Positions 12,410 to 24,439 of a stretch of 64,000 nt of DNA are shown here, piece by piece. The stretch is from Takakia lepidozioides. Taxonomy: Eukaryota > Plantae > Bryophyta. Within the stretch, counting starts at the first letter, position 1; each line of letters opens with the position of its first letter. The DNA is taken from positions 7,130,001 through 7,194,000 of the forward strand of contig CM060733.1 of the NCBI GenBank assembly GCA_030704615.1, read 5' to 3'. Position numbers and translations under genes: made by a program. The notes below the pieces were generated by a model that had not been told where the DNA came from, searched no databases, and saw only the letters and a list, made by a program, of their open reading frames with translations.

Positions 12410-13718
12410 GGAATCGGGAATAGTCAAGAAATCCGCAAAAATAGTGTCTCTCATAGCCTCACCCTCCCTTGCGGCGGCACGACCTTCTCGACGAATAGGC
12501 AATTGACCACAGAATCCAACATGGGGGTCAGGTAGAACTCCGTGTCATTCTCAAGGTACTGGCACTCCCATGAGTTGACAATAATTGTGAAGTACACAAC
12601 ATGCTATTGTTATCTTTGGGACACGACCAACTCTCGTATTCACCTTCTTCAGAATTCTCCACCTCCCCTTAAGCAAAGCAAAAGCATTCTCAATGGAGAC
12701 TCTGCCGGCATTCATTTGTCTATCAAACCTAACTTTATCTCGGTTACCATCAGGAGGTTTGAAGTTGCGCATGAGGTAAGTGCAGCTAGGATAGCCTGCA
12801 TCACCAAGTATGTAAGGTTGAATACGTCTCCCACCAACAACGACGACAGGCTCTTTTAGAATTGAGCGTGATCGAAGTTGCGCATAAATAGATGAAACTT
12901 GGAATTGACCTCCATCAGCTGTCCCTCCTGGCACAGAACAACAAACATTCCAAATATCTTATCCATGTCACATACGGCTTGGAGGACCACGGAGTTGGTG
13001 CTCTTCCTGCTACAATAATAGTCGGTACTGCAGTTACTCTCTTGCTGGGTTTCTCGTCCAAAAAGATATGGGTGCCATCTATGGAACCACAGACATTGGG
13101 AAATCCGCAAGCATCTTGAAACCCTGCAATAATCCTATGAAGTCGATCTCCATGTGGTATGGAGATATACTTTGAGAATAGTTTGTGTTCATCAATAAGT
13201 ACATTGACAACAATGTCAACATATTTTCTGATTGTCGATGCTCCAACACCAAACCTGTCAGCCATTTGGTTTGCACTTGTGCCATGGGCAAATCGATACA
13301 GGACAAGGCCAACAATCTTGCGAACCTCCAATGGTTGCCTTACAACCATGTAAGCACGTGACTTGATCCATGGTTCAAGCTCCATTACCAAGAACATGAA
13401 ACTTGCAAATGGCATTCGATACGCTTGAATGAATTTCCTATCCCTCATCTCGGAACTTGTATGCCATACCTCTCCCTCTATAATGTCCCAATGAGTGCAT
13501 TGTCGAGGCTCTTTCCACCAAGTTCTCCCAGGTTTGCTCTCTTCATAGGCCAACATTGCCCAAAGAATGGGAAGAGATCTTGACAAAAGACTTGATTCGT
13601 CCAATTTCGGAAGTATAAGAGTTGATTTTTTTTTTTTGGATTGATGGAAACGATGTGGGACACCCTCGTGGAACAAGAAGAGAACACAGAGTACAATAAC
13701 AAGTTCAACATCCTCCAT
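12410..13718 (-). mobile_element. PIF/Harbinger (DDE_Tnp_4, HARBI1-like) transposase, frameshifted
   Basis: Motifs split over three overlapping frames: FPNVCGSIDGTHI, SVVLQAVCD, YILGDAGYP, RVSIENAFALLKGRWRIL, ACCVLHNYC. Confidence 0.9.
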
Positions 13719-14219
13719 GTTCACCTACAAATCCTTCACAAATTAATTGAGCCTCCAACCTAAAGCACCGTCCAACCAAAACCCCATACCCTAATCCTTA
13801 AACCCTAGCTTGCCTGGAGGTAATTCTCAAGCTCACCATATTTTATTGGCTAGTGAAACTAAATGGATTTTATTCATTAGTAACTCTTATCCCTCCTACG
13901 CCGTCCCGGGGGTAGAATTCCGTGCACATGTGCCCACCTGCCGGGGCTGCCCCCTTGGAAGCAGGGACCGCCCAGGCTGCAGCCGCTGGCGGGGCCCACC
14001 ACATCCAGCTGCCGCTTAGGATACAGCGAACTGCTCATGTGCCCGGGGCGAGAGCCGCTTGTTTTGTTGGCTCTCTTGTAGAGAGAGACTTTTGCGGAGA
14101 CATGCAAGTCAACGGAGAAAATGTGGTCAAAGTACCTTACACCGTGTCAAGGCGCTGATTGGTGCGTTGGGCTGAGTCATGCTCCGTAGTCTTATGTTGT
14201 GCCAAAGGAAAGCAAGAGA

Positions 14220-15211
14220 GCCAATTGCCGTTTGAGGCTTGTTTTGTTTTGTTTTGTAGTGTCGTTGAGATCTCCCAAACCACGAGGCTGCTTGGTGCCG
14301 TTGGAAAACCCTCGATGAGGAGGGTGCACTGGCTTGGTCTCATGATTTTTGGACCCACGGTGTGGGAGATATGGAATTTCAAGTACTTTGGTCTCTGGAA
14401 ATTCGGGAAAAATAGCAAAGTGGGCTTTCTTGGAGCAATGATTGGCCCTTCATGTGGGAGATTTGGAAGTTCAAGTACTTTTGGTCGCTGGAAATTCCTC
14501 AAAATAGCAAAGTGGATATATCAATATATGAAGCCTCGACATGGGAGATTGCAAAAATAGCAAAGTGGGCTTTGGTGGCACAATGACGTAATCTCCCAAA
14601 CTGCACAGTCTCTGGATGCATAGGGGATTGCACTTTGGCTTAGATGACATTCCACACTAGAGGTCGCACTTGGGCCTCTACATATATAGGAGACGCACTT
14701 GGATACATAGGAGATTGCACTTGGGCTTAGATGACAGTGGACATTTGGGCCTCTACACGGGAAATACACTTGGATACATAGAAGATTGCACTTGGGCTTA
14801 GATGGGCCTCGACAGAGGAGACACACTTGGATACATATGAAATTGCACTTGGACTTAGTTTTCAATTTTTCACACATGGGCCAACGGCACAGGTTACCCT
14901 AGAGGTCGAACTTGGGCCTCGACATAGGAGACACTCTTGGATACATAGGGGATTGCTCTTGGACTTAGCTGATAAGTTGCAGCTAATTAATTAATTAAAA
15001 ATAGCTACGACCGTCAAATTCAGCAATCTTAAGTATTTAAAAAAACACACACATGGATACGACCGCTAAAACAAGGCAATAATAGCTAATTAAAAAACAC
15101 AATAGGTGCGACTGCTGATATTCGGCGGTTGCGTATAATTTTCTTAAAACAAAATACACCAAAATTCAGAAATACACTGGACACTTGGGCCAACGGCACA
15201 GGCTACCCTAG
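14220..15211 (+). mobile_element. Non-autonomous Helitron-like repeat with internal minisatellite and two 3'-end-like motifs
   Basis: Repeated CACTTGGATACATAG...GATTGCACTTGGGCTTAGATG units at ~14600-14980. GGGCCAACGGCACAGG(T/C)TACCCTAG occurs at ~14878 and ~15187; the second ends CTAG|T at 15211. Confidence 0.45.
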
Positions 15212-16385
15212 TTATGCTCTAACCACACCGAGCTATTTATTGCATATGGGTTTACTACAGTATGGGTAGGATGATGGTAGATCCATTTTTAAACAGCGTT
15301 GGGAGAGAGTGGACGAGAGGTTGAGGTCTTTAGGGCTTGCCCCACTTGTAGTTAGGCTTGAATTGGGGAATTTTTTAGATAGTGTTAATCCTGAAAGGAC
15401 GATGCGACCCGTTTCAGGTGGCGTCGTTTTTTTTGTTTAGCTGCACACTGACCAGATGGTATCCGATAAAGGTGGGTATCAAAGCAAAGTTGCAGCTCGC
15501 CTTGTCAGTTGTTCAATGCACCTAAACGCCGTGTCATTTGGATTACTACAGCGCCGCCTATGATTTTCTATGTGTGTGAAAGTGCAGATTTTGTGTGGTG
15601 TACAGGTTTTGAGCTTGTTGACTATGTGCCGTGGCTCAATGAGCATCTGGGGCTAGGACACGTCTCCTGCCAAAACTAGTGGGCGGCATGTGGGGTTCCG
15701 GCTGGGCTCCGGTATGCTCCTGCATGTCCGCTCGCATGGACTGCGATAGCCAGGTCCTGACTATCGTGCTCTTCTCGCGTTTCCGCAAAGTGACATTTCT
15801 CTTTGTTGCCTTGGTCCCAAAAGCTATGGTGCCACAGTCTTTTATGGTGCTCATCCCTCATTAACTTAGCTGCGATGCGCGATGTTCTCTGCCTTGTAGT
15901 GCCATTGCAGACCTGCAGAGATGATGGGAGCACACAAGGCTCACCCTGGGCCGCATTTGCATTTACAAAGACAGTGGTTGTTTAGTTATAAGTTGCCCCT
16001 ACTATCTCCTGCATTTGTGTTTGCATTCAGGGCATGTGTGTGTGCTATGAACACTCCTTTATTCCTTGACACTCTCCTCAACCCTGCACCTATTGTCGTC
16101 CATGAATGTTAGTGAGCTCGAGGCAATCCTTGGTATTAGTAGCACCGCTCTACGTTCATCGCAACTTCTTAGTTAATAATTGCTATGGAACATTCATACT
16201 ATTCTAAGGTGGGGGATGGCTGCAGGGCATGATGGTGACCATGCGCAAGGAGGTGCCGCACTGTGTACCACCACTGCCTTCGGAAGAACATAAGAAGGCG
16301 GCCGAAGTGCTAACCCATTGGGCATTGGTAGAACAACACTGTAGTGAGTACACAGTGCGGCACAGTGTACTCACTTGCTTTGCCC

Positions 16386-19348
16386 TGTCATGGTTTTAGT
16401 CATGGTTATCTAGAATTACCTACTTCTAGTTAACTAGGACATTTTAGATATTTATATTTATATTTTGTGTGTGGGGACTTCATTTGGTCTCACATGCCAA
16501 GTGAGGTGTCGAGCCTCACTTGGGACATGGGGATAGGTTTTCCCCTTGTGAGGATGGAGGAGGCTCATCTTCTTGTAGTTGAGCATCCATGAGCCTCTCT
16601 CACCTCCATAGCTCTAGGTATTGAGAGGGAGTGTGGTGGGGGCTTTGTAGGGTGGATTCCCTTAGCAAGGGTGCCCTTGGCTTGACTTAGTTTATGTGAT
16701 TGAGTGGATTCATGAGTGGAGGGTTTCCATTATGTTCACTTCCATTATCACTACAAGAAGATGAGCCTTATGCTTGTGAGTGCGGAGTGTAAGGATAGTT
16801 TTGCACTTGTGTTGGTGTACACCAAGGAGTGAGAGAGCTAGGGAAAGCTTAGGTATCTCACAAGGCTTGCAAGGTGTTACAAGGGAGAGTGTGTTTGCAT
16901 TGCATCAAGGAGGTGGAGAGCTCAAGGAGAGAGCTCTTGAGTTACAAGACTTCGCAAGTATTGCAGGGAGAAAATCTTGTGTGTGTGGAAGCAAAAGGTT
17001 TGAAAATTTGAGAAGAAGGAGCGTCATCTCTTATATCTCAAGTGTTGTGACAACCATTTGCCAAGGAAGTGGCTTCTATGGTGAAAAGAATGCATTGAGG
17101 GTTTATAGAAGAATTATTATGCACCAAGGGTTTGAGAGCTTGGAAAAGAGCTCTTGCATCACAAGAGAAGCGTCTTGTGTGTGGAGAAGATAGACACTAG
17201 GGTTTCAAGAGCAAGCTCTAGTTGTTCATGGTATGAAAGAGAAGCCAAATAGCGGCACATGCTTGGGTTAGAAACACCATAGAAGGAGTACAACAAGGAT
17301 AGCCTGAGGAGCATTGAGTAGCTCAAGAGAAGCTAAGAAGTGGTTGTTTTATTCATGGTGAAATGAAGCCAAGTGGGGTTTCATTTGGTTGACAAACAAG
17401 CAAGCTAAGGCACTAGAAATGAGTGCTTTTGTTAGTCTATGAGTTTTGGATTGCTCTTGGTGAAGCAAGTGGTTGACCAAGCAAGTGGCGCATGTGTGGA
17501 GCATGCTTTCCAAGTGCGGCTTCCAACTTCAAGCTTGAGGAGAGCTAGAAGGTGAAGGGAACAAGTCATTCTTTTGTGTATGAGGTGATGCTTATGTGGA
17601 GCATGTTTTCAGCTCATTGAGGCTTCTATTTTCAAGCCTTGGAGAGCAAGAAGAAAGGAAAAGGGCTGATTTCCACTTAGGTGAAGGAAAAGCACTTGTA
17701 GAACATATGTTTGAGTTGGGGTTTCAACCTTAAGCTTGAGGAGAACACGACTCTTGAGCTAGTAAGTGAAGGGACTTGAATCTTCCTCTTTGCATGAGAT
17801 GGAGATGTATTGATACTTGGAGAAGCAACACATAGAAGCCAAGAATGGAGCATGTGTGTGGATGGCCAAAGGAGAGCACATGAATGAGTGCAAGACTTGG
17901 TTGCTTGTCAAATGAGGTAAAAAGCTTGATTCTTGAGCTCCAAAGCGAAGTGAAGCTTGTTGTGTGGCAAATGGATTGCTAGGTGAGATGGAATCAAGCT
18001 TGGTTGTGGGTTGAGGTAAAGAAGATCAAGGTAGTTTGCCTTGGTATTCCATAGAAGTCATGGATGCTTGAGGAGCAAGCATGAAGTTCTAGGAAGCCCA
18101 AACCCTAGCTTGGAATGCACAAACCCTAGCATGAGATGCACATGAAACCCTAGGTGGATGGGAACAGTCACCAAAGTGTGAGAACGGTCACCGTAGTCTA
18201 GGAACAGGCACCAAGGTGTGGGAACGATCACTATAGGCTGGGAAATAGTGATATATAAAGACAATATAGGGCTTTTGGAGGATTTTCAAGGGCCTTTTGG
18301 AGGATTGTTTGGGGGATCTTTGGGGTCCTTTGGGGAGCTTTTGGAAGACACTCTAAGGAGCTTTTGTAAGGCACTTTGAAGAGCTCTTGAAGAGGTATTC
18401 GGATGACTATTTGGAGGCCTATTTGCGGTCCTTGAAGGCCAAGTTTTGGCAAGTTTTTGGAGCCTTGGAAGGCTATGTGGAGGACCATTTGGGGTCTTTG
18501 AAGGCCAAGTTTTGGTAAGTTTTTGGAGCCTTTGGAAGGCTATGTGGATGACCATTTGGGGCCTTTGAAGGCCAATATTTGGCAAGTTTCTGGAGCCTTT
18601 GGAAGGTTGTTTGGAGGGCTGTTTGGGGTCCTTGGAGGCCGATATTTGGGAGCTTGAGGAGTCTTTGGCGACTTGTTGAAGGACTATTTGGGGTCCTTGA
18701 GGGCCGAGATTTGGCAGGCTCTTGGGGACTTGGTGTACTGTTTGGAGTACCATTGTCGAAGCTTTGGGAGTCTTAGTGAAATTGTTTGAGAGACATCTTG
18801 AGGGATCTTAGAGAGTTATTTGAGAGATCCTTGAAAGGTCTTGTCTATTGCTTAAGCAAGAGAGTGTGGAGATAGGGTAGTGGGATGAGAGCATGTTGTG
18901 ATAGGAATTGCTTTAGTCTCTCTTCCTTGTAGTCTTTCACCCTCTCTGTAGGCCAAAACCTTTCCATAGGTGGAGGCAAGAGTCAGTCCGGGTTTGGGCT
19001 GGAGTGTCTTGCAAGAGCGACACTGTGGAGTGTTTTTGGTGTAGGGGAGTTACTGTTTTGATTTCCTTGTGCTTGGATCCCCTCCACACATGCATGCTTG
19101 ACTGTGCACCATGTTAGTTTTGTGTGGGCGCTTGTTTTCATAGGAGGTTGGTCCGGATTTGATCACCGGTCAATCCTAGAGCGTGTTGTCGATGGTGAGG
19201 CTGGGGTGATGACCAATTAGACCATCATTGTTCTCTTATGGTAAGGCTGGGTTGATGACCAGCAGACCATAGGAGTGCTTGCGGTGGATGCAGGTGCAGG
19301 TGTAGATTTATGTTATGAACCTAGTAGTCTAAGCCATAAGCTGCAACA
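16386..19348 (+). mobile_element. Putative ~3-kb 5' LTR of the methyltransferase-bearing Gypsy element
   Basis: Starts TGT (16386) and ends ACA (19348) about 80 bp before the gag ATG; non-coding, with an internal ~66-bp minisatellite (~18400-18730). There is no 3' LTR in the window to confirm the boundaries. Confidence 0.5.
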
Positions 19349-19425
19349 GGTTCTCTACCCGATTACTTTGTGGAAAAGGGGATTAGAGACAGGTTTACAA
19401 ATGGTGTGGTTGTGAGTTTTCATCA

Positions 19426-21635
19426 TGGAGGTGCCACCAGTTGCTGAGGGGAGTGCCGGTACGAGCACCAGCGATACTAGTGGGTATACTAGACAAGGTG
19501 TGCGGTTTAGGCCACATTCACCTTCAGTGTCTTCTGAGGAAGGTTCAGACTCAGAGTTATGAGGATTCTCGCCGAGGGTGCAAGCCATTTCCGTGCCATT
19601 GTTGTGGGATACGATGGAGGAAATGTATGGAGCTACTAAGGGGCCACGTCGGTACTCTGGAGCTGTGGGCACCATCGAGCTTGATGATTTCATACAGGAG
19701 TTTGATAGTTGGTGTGATTTGCAGCAGATACGCAATCCACAACTGTTTACGCCTTTTATGGCGTGGAAGGGGCTGTTTCAGCACCTTGAGGGGCCGCATA
19801 TGAATGACTATCATGAGTTTAGGTGGGGAAATGAGGTGGAGATTGAGGAGTGACGACAATATTGGTCACCTGACTATGTCTCCATCACTAGAGGCACAAA
19901 GGCAGTGGCGACACCAGCAACGACACCAGCATCTCCAACTGCAAGTACTAGTAGTGGACAAGTAAAGATGGAGCTGGGAAATCCACTCAAGCTCCTGCTG
20001 CAGCACCAGCACCCGTGCCTGCCTTTAATCCAGTTGTGGAGTTCTTCGAGGAGTTGAGGAGAAACTACCAGGGGATAAGGACGGAGAAATTGCGGAGCTT
20101 GCAAGAGTTCCAGCGCAAGCCTACTGAGAGTTTGAGGGAGGCTTACACACGCATAAGGCGATTGATAAATGTAACCCAAGGGGTTACGGAAGCTCAAGCA
20201 GTCCAATTTTGGTATGGGATATTAAACAAGGAGCTGATGAGAAGGGTGCGGGATGTAACTCTCCTACAAGTGGACCAACCCACCTTAGCAAACGTGTTTT
20301 TGCTGGCAGAGCAGATAGAGCTCAATATGGTGGAGGAGCGAGTGGTCATGGTGGGGTTTGGTAAGGAGACACAACAAAGTGGGACTCCTAGCCAACAACA
20401 ACCACCACCCCAACTTGCTCAAGGCAACAAGGGGGCTCAGGCGAAGCCCATGGAAGGACAGAGAGGATCTCAATTGCAGAGGTCACTTCCTTCATTCTCA
20501 GGCCAACAACAGTTGGGTGTGACATGTTGGGATTGTGGAGGACCCCATGTTAAGAGAGATTGCCCGGAGAGATGCAAAGGGCCGGCACAGGCACAGCCTA
20601 CACAACTACAATGTGGGCATTGTGGCAAGTATGGGCATGAAGAGGCCCATTGTTATGACTTGCATCCTGAGCTACGACAAGGCCAGTTCCAAGGGAACAA
20701 TGGTGGCCGGGGACGAGGCAATGTAGTCCAGAGAGATAGAGGAGGCAGAGGTCGCGGTGGAGGTCATAACCAAAACCAAGGAGCACAAGGTCAAGGGCAA
20801 GGTCATGACCAAGGCATGGTGGATAGGCTTGCCCAGCTAGAGCAACGTCTTGCTACCATGGCCACTACTCATGTTGAGCCAGCTCTAAGGCTTGAGGTTC
20901 AAGCCCCACCTGCACAACCTCCTATGCCTAGGGAAGACCAGATTGGTATGGGCTTCCTGTGTAGAGCCGCACTTGCAAGACCATTGCATGTGGACTCGGT
21001 AGCTGCTGTCACTCGAGCAACAACGCGTGCTCCTGAGCCAAGAGGAGCGGATGTGAAATTTGATCCACAAAGGGGGGAAGCAAGTCGTCAGACAAGGCTT
21101 CCACAGTCCTTTACATTGGCTGAGACAAAGCCACCTACGCCATCAATGACACCTGCTCGCCCAAGTGTGTCAGAGGTAGAGCCACGAATACCATCGGGGA
21201 GAGTTGGTGTGGCTCGGGAAATGCCAGTGGGTGGTGCTGTAAAACAAGGTGCAGCCAGTACATTATTGGGGGCTGCTATGGCGGATTGCCAAGCTCCATT
21301 ATTTTCTGCAATGACGGGGATTCGGCCAACTGCTGTGTTCAGACTAGCAGCTAGATTCTGTGAGAGTGGTGATGCATCGGCACTATCTGCAGAGAGAGCA
21401 GATAAGGTGCAGTCTATGGATGCTTTGGATTCGAGGGTGAAGTCAGCCACAGCTGCGCCATGGCAAGCGGCAGCTGCAAGGTTGTAGGAGTTGTCAGCTA
21501 GGCCAACCATTTGAGCGCAACATGGTGACTCCTGGGGTAGTCTTGGTGGACAATCAGGATGGAGTGTTTCAATTGGGTGGCCCAATCGGGAGGAGGTATA
21601 GGCCACTGCGGGTCTTGTTGGACTCAGGAGCACAG
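19426..21635 (+). pseudogene. Gypsy gag (two CCHC knuckles) and protease N-terminus of the host element
   Basis: IELDDFIQEFDSWCD, EKLRSLQEFQRKPTESLREAYTR, CWDCGGPHVKRDC, CGHCGKYGHEEAHC, then protease site RVLLDSGAQ; several in-frame stops. Confidence 0.88.
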
Positions 21636-22430
21636 TGTCGAGCGGCTTTTATTCACCCATCCCTTCACTATCCGAGGTGGAAACTCCAAGATAGAAGAGT
21701 TGGATATCTCTAAGCACTCAGCCCGCTCAGAACAATCAGTCATGACCTACAGCTAGTGAATCATGGTTGTGCTTCCTATTTGTATTCCTTCTTGCTTTCA
21801 TGTTATCAATTTACCTTACTGTATATACTGAAGCATCAGATTGCTTCAGTATCCACCAAGTTCCATTCAATCATGCATTCATTCATTCCATAGCTTCTCT
21901 CATATCTCTCTACACAGTATGATTGTATTGATTGAGTATCAGATTAAGATTAATCAGGTATCAGGCCTCTGCCATAGTGTTCCTAATCTACCCTACAGTA
22001 TGATTCTACAGCTTGCATGAATTAAGCCTCAAACAAGTCATCATCTCCTCTTCACTGTTTCCGGTCTCCGTTTCGTCTCCTCTTTCCCTGACCAAGTCCC
22101 GCTCTCCAAGACGTGATCCCGTGAAGTGATGCCCCTCCTATTGCCGCCCTGCCTAATCTATCCGCAAGCTGTTCTAATCACCTAACTAACTAACTGTCAC
22201 CCCTGAAGTAGCACTTTCCCTCTGCAGATGTCATTCCCACACAGTCGTTCCCTGTCAATGAGAGCCGTTCCCTATGTACGCTGTGCCAGGCTGTGCCAAG
22301 CTGTGTCGAGCTGTGACTATGCCGAGCTGTGACTGGCTGTGTAAAGTTGTATCGGGCTGTGTCGGATTGTGTCGGACTATGTCGGCTGTGTTGGTCTGTG
22401 ACTGGCTGTGTCGGCTGTGGGCGGGCTGTG
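21636..22430 (-). mobile_element. Nested, truncated LTR inserted in reverse just after the protease active site
   Basis: Sequence switches abruptly to TGTCGAGC after DSGAQ. It ends in a GGCTGTG-type minisatellite that resembles the reverse complement of the CACAGCC repeats at 32090-32395. Protease resumes at DLEPCHFQIQTSLGG. Confidence 0.65.
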
Positions 22431-23083
22431 AGGCAGATTTGGAGCCTTGCCATTTCCAAATTCAAACATCTTTGGGTGGTTCAGAAAAGGCGCGAGGGAT
22501 TACACGCCATGAGCTTTTCATTCGATTGCAGCCGGATTATCCTACGGACAGCTCAGTCATGAGAGCTAAAGCCATTGTTACGGACGCGATGTCCTATGAT
22601 GTGCTTGCTGGTGGGGCTGTGTTGTACCCTATGGGCTTTACTTTGGACTTTTGGGAGGAAACGACATCCTACAGGCCGGAATGGCAGTCAGGGGATGGTC
22701 GACGTGCACTGCTCCCAGTGCGGTTTATTGGGAATATAGCGGTGGATCATAGGAACATGATGCCCACATTGGCTGCATTCTCAGGGGTGGTGGCTTGGGG
22801 TGGTGACCTCTTGGAGGGCAATAACCATGCAGATGATAGGCCACCACCTGATGAGGACAAACAATTGGCATACAAAGCTGATTTGCTTTCTCATGTGCCT
22901 GTTCATATTCCACTGTGGGGTACAGTTGGGAATTTGCATCGAGTAGCAGGCGAGTGTGTGCACCAAGCATGGCAGGAGGCCTATCCATTGGTGAGTGAGG
23001 GGAGTTCAGTGACATCACCTGGACCTCCTCAATTAGCTCATTTGGACACAGTGCCCATTACCTGGCAACCACCTGACTCAAGG

Positions 23084-24050
23084 ATTTGTTTGCTATACTT
23101 GTTTGGAGGCATGAGCACTGGGCTTGCAGGAGTGTTGCAAGCAGGAATCAAAGTACGCAAGTACTTGTATGTGGAGAAAGATGAGGTTGCTCGCCGTGTT
23201 TCCATGTGCCATGTTGCTTTGCTCACACATCAGTATCCTTAGTTGTTGCCTCTTTCAGCAATTCAAGGGTACCAAAAGGCCTTGCCAACAGACATTACCT
23301 TGCTGGGGGCGGATGATTTGGACCGGCATGGTGCCATTGACTTGGTGATAGCTGGATGGCCTTGCCAAGGACACTTTCCCGCAGGTCATGGGAATGGCTT
23401 GCATGATGCACGATCGCATTTGTTTTGGGAGATGTTGAGAGTGTTGCGTGACTTGCAGGTGAGACAAGTGCAACCTCCAGCTTACATCCTGGAGAATGTT
23501 CCTCTTATGGAGGATTCTCGGGCCAGGGTTATGACCAGTGTGCTTCAGATCCGGTCATGGATTGGACCAGCTGTATTGTTGGATGCAACTGCAGTGGGTT
23601 CATGGGCACATAGGCCTAGGTTGTGGTGGACCAATCTCGCACCACCAGAGTTGCTCAATAGAGCATATGATTCCATTCAACGGCCACCCAACCTCAAGGT
23701 TGAGGGCATTTTGGACCAAGGGAGGCAACCACAGAGAGTGCGACATGATGATCGTCCATCTTTGGCGGTGGTAAATCGAGTGGGGCACCCACCTGCAGCC
23801 TTGCCTACGCTCATGAGCTTTCCCTCGTCTCATGCTTTTCGAGACAATAGTCCTGGGTTGATTTGGGACGGTGTGCGACAGCAACTGGTGGAGCCCAATG
23901 CGGATGAGCGAGAGTGGGCAATGGATTGGCCACGGGCACTACAGCTGTGCCAGCTTGGTCAGAGGAATCACGACGCCAGATGTGGGTCAGGCAATGGATC
24001 TCAATTGCTTGACATGGGTCATTGGCTTGTGTATGGGAGAATGGAGATTG
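23084..24050 (+). pseudogene. C5 DNA cytosine methyltransferase domain (DNMT3-like) within Gypsy pol, between protease and RT
   Basis: Motif I LFGGMSTG; motif II YVEKD; motif IV GWPCQ (Cys 23363-23365); motif VI ENV (23492-23500); motif VIII HRPRLWWTN; motif IX EPNADERE; motif X GQAMD (~23985). In frame with the protease C-terminal half; one TAG at 23240 and frameshifts after ~23925. Confidence 0.92.
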
Positions 24051-24439
24051 CAAGTATTGGTGGCTACTTCCGCCACTCCATGGACATACACCATCTCTGT
24101 CAACGGGGGGGACGGGGAGGCGTGAGTGGGGGGCAGGCACAGGATCATGGGGTGCCAAAACCACCCCATGGCAGATGTGGGATGAGATGCGCAAAGAGAG
24201 AGTTATTGATCTCTCAAGCAGCAGTATGAGGAGTGGGGAGAGCCACACACGAGGATCAGTGGAGGAAGGACAAGTGCAAGGTTTTTGAAGAGGTTGAGAA
24301 TGTTTCTTGTTCAGAGGATTGTTTTCAAGGTGGCTATGGCGGAGCAAGTGGAGGGCTACGTCACAGTCAGAGTGGGCGGACAAGGCCCAAGAGGTTGCTA
24401 TCTAGCAACCAAAGATTCGTCTCTACCTCCAAGCCTGGG

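Noticed and set aside
10290-15085. Harbinger terminal inverted repeats (GGCCTTGTTTT at ~10295 vs AAAACAAGGC at ~15068)
   Set aside because: Only about 10 bp match and there is no convincing TAA/TTA target duplication at both ends.
18231-18776. Pro/Gln/Lys-rich ORFs
   Set aside because: These are translations of the ~66-bp minisatellite inside the putative LTR.
22238-22244. CA+CACAG as the right end and target duplication of the insertion at 21636
   Set aside because: The sequence that follows is still LTR-like minisatellite, not the protease continuation; probably coincidental.
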